A stretch of DNA of 64,000 nucleotides from an uncultured Akkermansia sp. (lineage in GTDB: Bacteria > Verrucomicrobiota > Verrucomicrobiia > Verrucomicrobiales > Akkermansiaceae). Every line of letters starts with the position of its first letter. The first letter of the stretch is position 1. Under the pieces are notes generated by a model. The model had not been told where the DNA came from. It searched no databases and saw only the letters and a list, made by a program, of their open reading frames with translations. The position numbers and the translations under genes were made by a program. The DNA is taken from positions 2,314-66,313 of the forward strand of contig CANQAD010000002.1 of the NCBI GenBank assembly GCA_947588735.1. Reading direction: 5' to 3'. Below are positions 22,322-32,024 of the stretch, piece after piece.

Positions 22322-24835
22322 ATGAAGAAGCATCGGGAAAGGGGAGTGACGGGGCAGGATAACAGGCGGTTGGTGAGAGGCGTGATTATTGGAGGAATCC
22401 TCGTTGTTTTGGGTGTGGGTATTGGTGTAACTAACGTCATGTTGCACGGCGTCGGCGAACAAGAGACACAGTCTGTGCCGACGATGGATCGTAAAGAGAA
22501 AAAATTGCCGACGGGGAAATCTCGAAAGCGTCAAGATGAACGGAAGAGCGTTGAAGAAGTCTCCGGAGACGGGGAAACAACCCATCCGGAGACGCAGCAG
22601 ACGGAAGATGACACTCCGCACGGAGCTGAGCTGCAGCCGGACGGAGGGGAACAACCCTCGCCTGTGCCCGCCGGGGGAGAACAACCCCCGCTTCCGACGA
22701 AAAATCCGGCGTCCGTGGGGACCTCATCGGCTGATGATGCAGAGGGCGATTCTACTCCGGGCAGTACAACCGCATCTTCGAGGAAGGAGGAGCCTCCCGC
22801 GCAGACAACCGACCAAACGGGGGCGGGGGATCATTCAACGCCCGAATCTGATGATAAGACGGTTCAGATGCCCGAGGGAACGATCTCTCCGACGGAGACC
22901 CCCACTGCTGCGTACACGGGCGATCTGGTGATGTACGGTGGAGGTTCTGGTACACCGGCGCAACGAGCTCTCTGGTCATCGTGGATAACGCACATGATTG
23001 AACGGGGCGAAACAAAAGAGCTGGTTCCGATGCTGGAAGAACGCATACGTCAGATCGCTCCGGAGCTTATTGTTGGTGAGCGTCTCAATTATTCAGCCTA
23101 TAAAAACTCGCGCATTCTCATGGATGCGGTAGAATTGTGCTTGCTCACGGAACTGGTGGGAGCAGAGCGATTGGATAACTTCATGGCCCGTGAGAAGAAG
23201 GGCGAAGCTTCCAAAAATTCGCCGGATCAATTCATGCGTTGGTTGCTGTTGGATCGCTCTCGTCCATTGCACAGGTTGCTGCAGGCATTTGTGTATCACT
23301 CCGGCATACCGGAATCATTTGCGCGTACGCTGAAGGTATTTTACACCCTGTGGAAACGTGCTCCGGAGCGTGACCGTACACGATATATGAACTTGGCAAT
23401 TGCTTGTGCTCTTGTACGCGAAGAGGTGGCACATTCTCGCGGCATGCTGCGTGTACCGGACGAGAAACTTCTGGACATTCCGGAACTCTATGATTTTTTC
23501 CGTAAGCAAGATGTCGCCAATGCTCTGCTGACCAATATTCAAAAACTTTCCGTGACCGAATTGCTGCACGTGGTGGATGTGCGCCTGCCTTTGTCGGAAT
23601 TTCAATGGGTGAAGACGCATTTGGATTATCAACGACAAAATTGGGGGGCCACCTATTCACGTGTGCAGTATCTCATGGAACGTGCCACTCAAAATGTGGA
23701 CCCCTATGTCAAGTACACCCTTGCTGAGATTCTGGAGGAAGGAGGAGTGTGCCGAGATCAGGCATATTTCTGCGCAACTTCTGCAAAAACACGCGGATTA
23801 CCGGCCGTCATCATCACAGGTGATGGCGATCGTGGTCCTCACGAGTGGGTCGCTCTTTATACCTCTGAAAAAAACGGTTGGACAACATCCGGGTCGTACG
23901 GCTATAAAACTGGGCGATATCAAGATCCATGCTCGGGACTTATATTGCATGAGTCGGCGCTGCTGGATCGGGATAAGAAGCTCACGCAGGAGCGCTTGGA
24001 GCCGGCTTTGAACTGCATGGTGCTTTCGGATTATTTATGTCGTATTCAATGCAAAAACCAGGCGATGGGGGCTGCGCGTTATGTAACAATAGCGTTTCCC
24101 CAGCTCACCGTGTCGTGGCGTAATCTGGTAGCAGTCATGGAACTCTGCGGTGAGGAAGCTGTCAACATGTCGGCCTGGCGTCGGTTGTATATGGAATTGA
24201 CTCACCAAAGTAAAAAAAACAAGGAGCTTCTTGATTTGATGCAGGCGGTGCAAAATGACCATGTCATGGAAGGAAAGCGTGATAATGTAAGAATGAATGC
24301 ACTTAAGCAAAGTTCGCGCAAACTGGATGAGCTTGTCCAGATCGGGCGTATTGATTTGGTTGTGGAGAGTTTGCAACGGCAGGCAGAAATATATGTGAAC
24401 CAGGGGGATTACCGTGGACTATCTGGCTTTTTTAAGCCGTACCTTAAGGGATACGCTTCAAAACCGAATGTTTTTGGCGAGGTGCTGGAACTATATATGC
24501 GCGTGTTGGATGAATGCGCTGACAAAATACGTAACAAGGAAGAGCTGGATGAGAAACGCCGCGAGCAGGAGGTGCGTGCTCTTTGGCGTGTGTGCGCCAA
24601 AGACGCCGATAGCGTGTACAGCAAAAATGCCTTTAGCAGTGAGGATTTCTTTGCCATCAAGAAAGAGGCGGGCATTATGCGCTCAATAGCAGAATGCTGG
24701 CGCCTTGCAGGAAATGAAAAAAGAGCGATGCGTTTGGAAGAAGTGGCGGAAGAAAACTATGAACGCAGCCGTGAACGTAACACGAATAAAAAACGTGAGC
24801 CACCCAACACGAGCAAAAGACATTGGGAATCCTGA
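22322..24835 (+). CDS. Membrane-anchored protein with P/T/E/S-rich linker and transglutaminase-like domain
   Basis: N-terminal TM helix and low-complexity stalk. GGVCRDQAY (Cys) and GPHEW (His) resemble the TGase-like catalytic motif. TATAAT lies 6 nt before the ATG. Confidence 0.7.
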   Translation: MKKHRERGVTGQDNRRLVRGVIIGGILVVLGVGIGVTNVMLHGVGEQETQSVPTMDRKEKKLPTGKSRKRQDERKSVEEVSGDGETTHPETQQTEDDTPHGAELQPDGGEQPSPVPAGGEQPPLPTKNPASVGTSSADDAEGDSTPGSTTASSRKEEPPAQTTDQTGAGDHSTPESDDKTVQMPEGTISPTETPTAAYTGDLVMYGGGSGTPAQRALWSSWITHMIERGETKELVPMLEERIRQIAPELIVGERLNYSAYKNSRILMDAVELCLLTELVGAERLDNFMAREKKGEASKNSPDQFMRWLLLDRSRPLHRLLQAFVYHSGIPESFARTLKVFYTLWKRAPERDRTRYMNLAIACALVREEVAHSRGMLRVPDEKLLDIPELYDFFRKQDVANALLTNIQKLSVTELLHVVDVRLPLSEFQWVKTHLDYQRQNWGATYSRVQYLMERATQNVDPYVKYTLAEILEEGGVCRDQAYFCATSAKTRGLPAVIITGDGDRGPHEWVALYTSEKNGWTTSGSYGYKTGRYQDPCSGLILHESALLDRDKKLTQERLEPALNCMVLSDYLCRIQCKNQAMGAARYVTIAFPQLTVSWRNLVAVMELCGEEAVNMSAWRRLYMELTHQSKKNKELLDLMQAVQNDHVMEGKRDNVRMNALKQSSRKLDELVQIGRIDLVVESLQRQAEIYVNQGDYRGLSGFFKPYLKGYASKPNVFGEVLELYMRVLDECADKIRNKEELDEKRREQEVRALWRVCAKDADSVYSKNAFSSEDFFAIKKEAGIMRSIAECWRLAGNEKRAMRLEEVAEENYERSRERNTNKKREPPNTSKRHWES

Positions 24836-24836
24836 T

Positions 24837-25065
24837 CCATTGGTAATTTCCGATTTTCGAATGACGATTTGGGAAATTTGCGCGCTGGCGCGCTGGGTGC
24901 GAAAGCCGCCTTACAGCCGTCGTCGGCGGGTTTCACCCCTGCGGGGCAAAAGCTCTGCTGAATCGTCCATGGTTTGCCGCCTTGTCGGCTTGCCTTTTTC
25001 GTCCCTAAAAACGCATGGGCAATGGATTCAATGAGCCCGGAGAACATTTTATTGGGACACGTGTG
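24837..25065 (+). mobile_element. MITE-like family B, internally deleted copy
   Basis: ccattggtaattt.cgattttcgaat start shared with the 32025 copy, gctgaatcgtccatggtttg core, and right end ttattgggacacgtgtg. Confidence 0.8.
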
Positions 25066-25080
25066 GGAGCCATGCCAACG

Positions 25081-27564
25081 TCAGCGGTAGCAGATATCGG
25101 GTAGCTTGGCTGCCAGAGCTTTGAGCAATTCTCCGTGAGCAGCATCTACTTCAGCTGCCGTAAGGGTGGCTGAAGAGTTGCGATAAAGGAAACTGTACGT
25201 CATGGCCTTGCGGCCTTCGGCAAGTTTCCCTCCGGATGGATCGCAGAAGATTTCCTTGAGCCGACAGCTCTCCAACAACTTTTGTTTGACCGATTCGACC
25301 GCTTTCATGATATCGGCATGCTGCATGTTGACCGGTACTTCCAGCGTAGCGTCGCGCCCGGATGCAGGATAGAGAGGAAGATCCTTCACTTTGAATGAGG
25401 CAGTGGAGAGTTGCTGCAGTTTGCGCAAATCAAGTTCGACGTAGTAGCAATCCGTGGGCAAGTCGAGTGCGCGACAGACACTGAGCGCCACACGCGCCAT
25501 GAAGCCGCATGTTTGTCCGTTTACAGAAATATCGGCGCTGATTGCGGCAGCGTCTCGTGCAACCTTGGCTGGCAGCACGGTGATACGCGATTTAGGCAAC
25601 AGCGTTTCTAATATGGCTGTGAGATGTTGCGCACCTGCGGATTGAGGTTTAAGATGATCCCAGCTTGCGGGGGCAAGCTTGCCCGCCATCAGGATGCCCA
25701 GGACTTCACTCTCAATATCCTTTCCTTTTCCACCGCCCGTGTTACGGAATACTCTGCCGGACTCAAAGAAACGCAACACATCCAGTCCCTGATTGAGGTT
25801 GCGCGCCGCCACTGCCAACAGCCCCGGCGCTAACGAGGGGCGCAATACAGTATGCTCCTCCGAGAGAGGAAGAGCTACACGTATAATGTCTCCCGACTGA
25901 AGAGGCTTGATTGGCAACGCATATTGGACACTTGCTATCGTGGGATCAGCGCTCTGCTCGGCAATGAGCTTGAAGGTTTGCACCTCCCAAAAACCGGCGC
26001 CGGCCAAGTGCCGGGAAAGGTTGCACCGGAAGTCGTGGAGTCGATCATGGGAGCTTTCAGGTACGTAGATTGCCGTACGGGTTGGGGGGATGTTGGCGAT
26101 ACCGTACACACGCACCACCTCCTCCAGCAAGTCGCAACTGCGTTTTAAATCGAGGCGCCAGGGCGGGCAGTCCCAGCAGCTTGGTTTTGCCTCTTTCAGC
26201 CCCAGATTGCGTAAAATTCGCGCGGCTTCCATATGGGAAATTGTGGCGTTGGTCATCACGTCCAGTTCATTCCAATCGAGCTGCACTTGGGGCAGAGCGC
26301 AGTACACCTTAGCGCTTGTGCCCTGCTGAAGCACAGTAGCTTGCTGGGCTTGCTGGTCAGGCACAAGCGCAGGAGCTTGACCAGCCACGAGTGTGGGTTC
26401 AGCTTTGCCGCCGGCGCATTCGAGAATGAGTTGCACGGCGCGGGCTGCTGCACGCAGAGTATTCCAAGGCGCTGCGCCGCGTTCAAAGCGGTATGATGAG
26501 TCAGAACTGAGGCCAAGTCGTCGGCCGGTGCGGCGCACACTGCCGGGCAGGAACCACGCGGATTCTAAAATGATATCTGACGTATTTTCCGTGACACCGG
26601 AGTTTTTGCCTCCCATCACTCCCGCAAGGGCAAGTGCGCGGCCAGATGAGTCAGAGATGACCAGGTCGTTTTCCTGAAGTGCAAAGTCATCGTCCATGAG
26701 GCTGGTGAAGGATTCCCCCTGATGAGCGAGGCGAATGTTGAGCGCACCCTGAACTTGAGATGCATCAAAGGCATGCAGAGGATGTCCGAGCTCAAAGAGA
26801 CAGTAATTGGTGATATCCACCACATTGTTGATGGGATGCAGGCCGATGGCAAGAAGGCGTTCAGCAAGCCACTCCGGGGAGGGGCCGATCTTTACGCCGC
26901 TGATGCGCGTAGCCGTGTAAAGCGGGCATATTTCGGGCGCGGACAGCAGAATGCGCTCGCCAGCCGGTTCGGTTGACAACAGGTTTTCACCGGGGTCGGC
27001 TTTAAGAGTACGCCCGGTGATACCGGCCAGCTCGCGCGCCATACCCCAGTGGCTGAGCAGATCCGGTCGATTCGGAGTAATTTCGAGTTCAAAGAGGGTA
27101 TCGATTCCTGTGAATTGGCGTACAGGAGTGCCCACTTTATAGTCCTGCGGCAGAATCCACAGTCCATGCTCCTTGTCAGGCAGACCAAGCTCTGAGGCCG
27201 AGCACAACATACCGCAGCTGGCGTGTCCCATCATTTTGCCTTCCTTGATTTGCCAACCTCCGGGCAGCACGGCTCCCGGCAATGCGCAGGGGACTTTGTC
27301 GCCCACTTGGTAGTTCTGAGCGCCGCACACGATTTGTCGCAGACTTCCTTCTCCGGCATCGACCATGCACACGTTAAGATGGTCGCTGCCCTCGACGGGC
27401 GACTTTCGGACCACCTGAGCAACGACAACTTGGTCAGTGGTGACTCCGCGTTCGTGCATAGCCTCTACCTCAATGCCGGCAAAGGTGAGCATATCAGCCA
27501 TTTCTCTGGTATCCAAACCATCCAGATCGATGTAAGCTGCGAGCCAATTTTTTGAAATATTCAT
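25081..27564 (-). CDS. pheT: Phenylalanine--tRNA ligase beta subunit
   Basis: QIVCGAQN, EITPNRPDLLS, INNVVDITNY, GHPLHAFD, SSYRFERG, DLLEEVVRVYG and C-terminal FDX-ACB domain. Confidence 0.97.
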   Translation of the reverse strand: MNISKNWLAAYIDLDGLDTREMADMLTFAGIEVEAMHERGVTTDQVVVAQVVRKSPVEGSDHLNVCMVDAGEGSLRQIVCGAQNYQVGDKVPCALPGAVLPGGWQIKEGKMMGHASCGMLCSASELGLPDKEHGLWILPQDYKVGTPVRQFTGIDTLFELEITPNRPDLLSHWGMARELAGITGRTLKADPGENLLSTEPAGERILLSAPEICPLYTATRISGVKIGPSPEWLAERLLAIGLHPINNVVDITNYCLFELGHPLHAFDASQVQGALNIRLAHQGESFTSLMDDDFALQENDLVISDSSGRALALAGVMGGKNSGVTENTSDIILESAWFLPGSVRRTGRRLGLSSDSSYRFERGAAPWNTLRAAARAVQLILECAGGKAEPTLVAGQAPALVPDQQAQQATVLQQGTSAKVYCALPQVQLDWNELDVMTNATISHMEAARILRNLGLKEAKPSCWDCPPWRLDLKRSCDLLEEVVRVYGIANIPPTRTAIYVPESSHDRLHDFRCNLSRHLAGAGFWEVQTFKLIAEQSADPTIASVQYALPIKPLQSGDIIRVALPLSEEHTVLRPSLAPGLLAVAARNLNQGLDVLRFFESGRVFRNTGGGKGKDIESEVLGILMAGKLAPASWDHLKPQSAGAQHLTAILETLLPKSRITVLPAKVARDAAAISADISVNGQTCGFMARVALSVCRALDLPTDCYYVELDLRKLQQLSTASFKVKDLPLYPASGRDATLEVPVNMQHADIMKAVESVKQKLLESCRLKEIFCDPSGGKLAEGRKAMTYSFLYRNSSATLTAAEVDAAHGELLKALAAKLPDICYR

Positions 27565-27579
27565 AGCGAGGGAGGCGAT

Positions 27580-28590
27580 TTATTGAAATTGGGCGAGAAA
27601 GCGAACATCGTTTTCGATGAGCAGGCGGATATCGCGGATGCCCCAGCGGATCATGGCCAGGCGCTCCAAACCGATGCCGAAAGCAAAGCCCGTACAGCCC
27701 TGATAGAAGTCTTTGCCGGATTTGCAGTCGATATTTTCAAAGACTGCCGGATTTACCATGCCGCAGCCGGCGATCTCGATCCAGCGAGGCTCCTGGCCGG
27801 TAGCTTGCAGCAGCACATCGATCTCAAAACTCGGTTCCGTGAACGGGAAAAAATGCGGACGAAAGCGCACCGCTGTGTTATCCCCGAAAAGGGCTTTCAA
27901 AAAGTATTCCAACGTTCCTTTCAGATCGCCCACGCTCACCATGCGATCCACGTACAGACCCTCAATTTGATTGAAAGCGGAAAGGTGTGTGGCATCAATG
28001 GCATCGCGGCGGAAAGCAGAGCCGGGGCAGATGATGCGCACGGGAGGGGCTTGCTTTTCCATCACGCGAGCCTGAACCGTGCTGGTTTGGGTGCGCAGGA
28101 GTTTCCCGCTGTCGAAATAGAAGGTATCTTTTTCATTACGAGCCGGATGGTCGGCAGGGGTGTTCAGGGCGTCAAAGCAGTGCCATTCATCCTCAATTTC
28201 CGGGCCATCCGCGAGGGTGAACCCCATCCGGCGCAGGATGCGCACGGCTTCCTCGCGCACGAGAGAGATGGGATGCAGCCCGCCTGGAGGCAGAGAAGCA
28301 CCGGGCAGCGTGATATCAACGTTGGCAATGGCGGCGCGGTCTGCCTGTTCCTGGAGCTCACGCGTACGAGTTTCAAGGGCTGCAGAAATGGCGCAGCGCG
28401 CTGCATTGAGGAGGGAGCCTACTGCGGGTTTATCCTCCTTGGGCACGTTCCTCATACCTTGTTGCACTTGGGTGAGAGCGCCGTTTTTTCCCAGAATAGC
28501 GACGCGGGCACTTTCCAGATCCTTGATACACTTGGCAGCAGCAATTTGTCCCAATGCAGCATCTTGTACTCGTACAATCTGTTCTTTCAT
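27580..28590 (-). CDS. pheS: Phenylalanine--tRNA ligase alpha subunit
   Basis: HPARNEKDTFY, LLRTQTS, FRPHFFPFTEPS and GFAFGIGLERL. Start MKEQ lies downstream of a TTGACA-17-TATAGT promoter. Confidence 0.97.
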   Translation of the reverse strand: MKEQIVRVQDAALGQIAAAKCIKDLESARVAILGKNGALTQVQQGMRNVPKEDKPAVGSLLNAARCAISAALETRTRELQEQADRAAIANVDITLPGASLPPGGLHPISLVREEAVRILRRMGFTLADGPEIEDEWHCFDALNTPADHPARNEKDTFYFDSGKLLRTQTSTVQARVMEKQAPPVRIICPGSAFRRDAIDATHLSAFNQIEGLYVDRMVSVGDLKGTLEYFLKALFGDNTAVRFRPHFFPFTEPSFEIDVLLQATGQEPRWIEIAGCGMVNPAVFENIDCKSGKDFYQGCTGFAFGIGLERLAMIRWGIRDIRLLIENDVRFLAQFQ

Positions 28591-28672
28591 ATGGCTCGCG
28601 GCAAAACTATACCACACACAGTCATTTGTCAAGGAAATAAAGACGGTGGGATGTGTTAACGGAAAGGCGTCT

Positions 28673-28691
28673 TTGGCATATCATTTGCCAA
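28673..28691. promoter_or_regulatory. TTGGCA-N7-TGCCAA inverted repeat, also matching sigma-54 GG-N10-GC spacing
   Basis: ttggcatatcatttgccaa: GG at 28675-76 and GC at 28687-88, about 40 nt upstream of the recombinase ATG. Confidence 0.4.
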
Positions 28692-28728
28692 GCTTGCCAA
28701 AGGAAAGCGCTTGTGGCATGTTCGAGGG

Positions 28729-29730
28729 ATGATCGATCAAATTATACATCATGAATTAGTCGGTAAGCTGCCCGTAAGCCCAATGGACATTATACGCTTG
28801 TTTGTGGAGTTTACGGAGGAAGCTTCGGTAACGCAATCTGACAAGGAAAGCATCATTAGTGCATTCCGGCGTGTCATTCGCACAGGCATAGGTTGCGTGG
28901 CTGAGCAGGATCGGAGCGTATCTTTTGAACACGCCGTGACAGAAAGCTTGCGCGCGCGGCAACACCGCAGACCAAGCACGATGGCGGATCTGAGGTCATA
29001 CGCGAACCGTATGCTGCGACACCGACAATATTGCGATATACCGTTGCGCAATATGACGATTGAACATTGCCATAAGCTGCTGCATAGTTATTTTGGTTAT
29101 ACTCCGCACGTATTTCGCAAGGCAAAGGCAGTGCTGCATAGCGTGTTTTCGTACGGGATCAGGCGTGGCTGGTGTCAGACAAATCCGGTAAAGGCTTTGG
29201 AGAGCCCGCCTGTGTACGAGGAGCGCATCGTGCCGCTGAGTGGAACTCAGATACGCTCAATTATCCGAACTTGTCGAGAGGAGGATCTCGTATGCATGCT
29301 TCCGGCTACTCAACTGTTGCTTTTTTGCGGGGTGAGACCTGGGGAGGTACGCCGCTTACGCTGGCGAGACATCGACAAGCGCGAAAAAGTAGTCTATATT
29401 GAGGGGCATGCAAGCAAAACAGGCGGACCACGGGCTGTGCCGTTGAGGGGTGGAGCTCGGGAGCTCTTAGATTACCGCCGCCCGCCGAATGAATACATTG
29501 CTCCAAGGAACTGGACACGATTGTGGAGACGCCTGCGACAACGGGCTGGCATCAAATGCTGGCAGAGGGATGTAATGCGGCATACTTTTGCTTCCCTGCA
29601 TTTGAAAAGGTTCCACAATCTCATTCAACTTCAGGAGGAGATGGGTCACCGAGACTGCAATCTGTTGCGCACGCGGTACTTGAATGTGAGACATGTTTCA
29701 AGTTCGACCGCGCGGCGTTTCTTTTCATAG
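28729..29730 (+). CDS. Tyrosine recombinase / phage-integrase family protein
   Basis: GVRPGEV (R), SKTG (K), DVMRHTFAS, MGH and LRTRY (Y), plus a core-binding-like N-terminal region ending in TNPV. Confidence 0.9.
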   Translation: MIDQIIHHELVGKLPVSPMDIIRLFVEFTEEASVTQSDKESIISAFRRVIRTGIGCVAEQDRSVSFEHAVTESLRARQHRRPSTMADLRSYANRMLRHRQYCDIPLRNMTIEHCHKLLHSYFGYTPHVFRKAKAVLHSVFSYGIRRGWCQTNPVKALESPPVYEERIVPLSGTQIRSIIRTCREEDLVCMLPATQLLLFCGVRPGEVRRLRWRDIDKREKVVYIEGHASKTGGPRAVPLRGGARELLDYRRPPNEYIAPRNWTRLWRRLRQRAGIKCWQRDVMRHTFASLHLKRFHNLIQLQEEMGHRDCNLLRTRYLNVRHVSSSTARRFFS

Positions 29731-29733
29731 CAG

Positions 29734-30843
29734 TCATTCGGGTGGTGCGCAGAGTTCAAATGCACCGCCAGGAACTGGGGTAATCAGTCGGGCAATCTGC
29801 ATGCGCATGAGCTGAGGAGTAAGCTCAGCGGCGGAAACGCCAAGTGCACTGCAGAGTGAGTCAAGTGTGGTGTATCCGGCAGCGATGGCGGAGAGAACGG
29901 GGTCGTTTTGTGCCGTCATCGCATGCTCGGAGAAAAGGGGGAGCTGCTGTTGATGATCACGTTCCCAGCCCATGTCGCCGATAATGTCTGCGGCGCTGGT
30001 GCAAAGGATGGCGCCATCGCGGATAAGTCGATGACAGCCCAGAGAAGAATTGTTGGTAATGACCCCTGGCACGGCGAAAACGCTCTTTCCCATGTCGGCA
30101 GCAAGGCCGGCGGTATGCAGTGCGCCGCTGCGTCCCGAGGCCTCCACCACCAAGGTGGCACACCCCCAAGCGGCGACAATGCGGTTGCGTTGGGGGAAAG
30201 AGTTGCGTGAGGGAGGCATATTCATGGGAAATTCGCTCACCAGGGCTCCATGACCGTCTGCAATGCGGTTTGCCAGCGTTGCATTTTCCGGTGGAAAAAT
30301 GGAAGTTAATCCGCCTCCAAGGACAGCGATGGTGCGCCCGCCCGCGTCCAGAGCTCCCAAGTGCGAGGCCGTATCAATGCCGCGCGCCAAGCCGGAGATG
30401 ATGCAGCAGCCGGCATCCGCCAGATCGCGGGCAATGCTGCGCGCACAATTGACTCCATACGGTGAGGAAATGCGGGTGCCAACCATAGAAACAGCTCGCA
30501 AAGAGTCCTCCTGCAGCCAGGAGCCACGGGAATATAGCACTACGGGAGGATCGTTCATATTGCGCAGAATGCGCGGATAGTCATCGTCCAGCAAAGTGGT
30601 GATGCGCACACCAGCTTGCGCCGCGCAATCCAGCTCCGCATGAACTTGGGTGCAGTGCCTCCAGTCCGCAATGGCTGCCGCGAGTGCAGGGCCAATACGC
30701 TGGACTTGCGACAGCATGTTCTGCGGAGCGGCCAACACCATATCCGCAGAGCCGAAGCGCTCCAGCAGAGAGCGGATGCGCACGGAGCCCAGGCCGGGTA
30801 TCAGGTTGAGCGTGATGAGAGCTTCTCGTGCACTTAATTCCAT
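29734..30843 (-). CDS. dprA: DNA-processing protein DprA/Smf
   Basis: VGTR..SPYG, SGLARGID, FPQRNRIV, VVEA..SGALHTA and VFAVPG. Confidence 0.95.
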   Translation of the reverse strand: MELSAREALITLNLIPGLGSVRIRSLLERFGSADMVLAAPQNMLSQVQRIGPALAAAIADWRHCTQVHAELDCAAQAGVRITTLLDDDYPRILRNMNDPPVVLYSRGSWLQEDSLRAVSMVGTRISSPYGVNCARSIARDLADAGCCIISGLARGIDTASHLGALDAGGRTIAVLGGGLTSIFPPENATLANRIADGHGALVSEFPMNMPPSRNSFPQRNRIVAAWGCATLVVEASGRSGALHTAGLAADMGKSVFAVPGVITNNSSLGCHRLIRDGAILCTSAADIIGDMGWERDHQQQLPLFSEHAMTAQNDPVLSAIAAGYTTLDSLCSALGVSAAELTPQLMRMQIARLITPVPGGAFELCAPPE

Positions 30844-31713
30844 TTAGCGAGAGAGTGTGGTGAAGTCCAGTCCAATATCCAGCGAAGGCACAGAGTGAGT
30901 GAGACATCCAAAACTCATGAAATCGACCCCGCTTTCTGCCGCTGCAGGAGCCGTTGCCAGAGTGAGCCCTCCGCTTGCTTCAAAGTAGGGTTTAGTGTGG
31001 GCGCCGCGCAGTTCCACTGCGTGCCGCATTTGTTCCGGGCTCATGTTGTCCAGCAGAATGTAGTCCACACCTTCCAGTTGGAGAAAAGCCTGCACCTGAT
31101 CGAGGTTGTCGGCCTCGAGTTCTACTTCCACGTTGGGGCGTTCACTTTTGAGTTTACGGATGCAGTTTTGCAAATGCTCAATATTGCCATTGGTCATCAA
31201 GTGGTTATCTTTCACCATTGCGCGGTCGTAGAGACCCAGGCGGTGGTTATTGCCGCCACCATGCAGCACGGCTGCTTTTTCCAGCAGTCGGTAGCCGGGC
31301 GTGGTCTTCCGTGTGTCGAGCAGCTTGCATTTTGTATGAGCAATGGCCTGAACATAGCGGTGAGTCATGGTTGCCACGCCGGAGAGGCGTTGGATGAAGT
31401 TAAGAGCAGTCCTCTCTGCTCCGAGAATAGAACGCGCCGAGCCGCGAATCATCATGATGACGGCATCCGGAGATACTTCATCACCATTATGAAGCTGTGT
31501 ATCAATCTTGAGAGTTGGATCTACCGTGCGAAAAACTCGTGCCGCTACATCCACCCCGGAAATCACGCCACGAGCTCGCGGGCGCATCAATGCTTGCGCC
31601 TGAAGCTGCTCGGGCACAAAATAGAGCGATGTCACATCCCCGCTGCCAAAGTCCTCGCAGAGTGCAAGCCGGATAAGCTCATCACGATTGTCAGAAACTT
31701 TTATGGATTCCAT
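30844..31713 (-). CDS. nadC: Quinolinate phosphoribosyltransferase
   Basis: ERTALN, DTRKTTPG, HRLGLYD, KDNH, LLDNM and EASGG. TTGACA-17-TAAAAT lies 7 nt before ATG 31713. Confidence 0.96.
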   Translation of the reverse strand: MESIKVSDNRDELIRLALCEDFGSGDVTSLYFVPEQLQAQALMRPRARGVISGVDVAARVFRTVDPTLKIDTQLHNGDEVSPDAVIMMIRGSARSILGAERTALNFIQRLSGVATMTHRYVQAIAHTKCKLLDTRKTTPGYRLLEKAAVLHGGGNNHRLGLYDRAMVKDNHLMTNGNIEHLQNCIRKLKSERPNVEVELEADNLDQVQAFLQLEGVDYILLDNMSPEQMRHAVELRGAHTKPYFEASGGLTLATAPAAAESGVDFMSFGCLTHSVPSLDIGLDFTTLSR

Positions 31714-31763
31714 GTGCAGCATTTTACCTGATAGATAGCAGATGTCAAGGAAGGGAGCAGATC

Positions 31764-32003
31764 CAGGGCAACCGCATTAGGAAATGCGGTTGCTATTTAC
31801 AATTGACGATTTACGAATGACGATTTATTGATCATGTGCGCGTTGCGCAGGTTTTTTCGAATCATGAACGTAGGCAGGAGAGTTCTTGAGAGCCATCATC
31901 ATGATGACTGCTTGTTGTCATTTTTTGATGCGTATCAACAATAATATCAGCCAACAAGGCCATTTTCTCCGTTGATGAACATCTTTCAAATACGGTTGCC
32001 CTG
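31764..32003 (+). mobile_element. MITE-like family A, full 240-bp copy with 9-bp TSD
   Basis: TIRs cagggcaaccgcat / atacggttgccctg. Direct repeat gagcagatc at 31755-63 and 32004-12. Confidence 0.88.
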
Positions 32004-32024
32004 GAGCAGATCCAAGGCAAACGC

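Noticed and set aside
28633-30843. Prophage or integrative element at the integrase
   Set aside because: Flanked directly by pheS and dprA-nadC, with no att repeats, tRNA or cargo genes seen.
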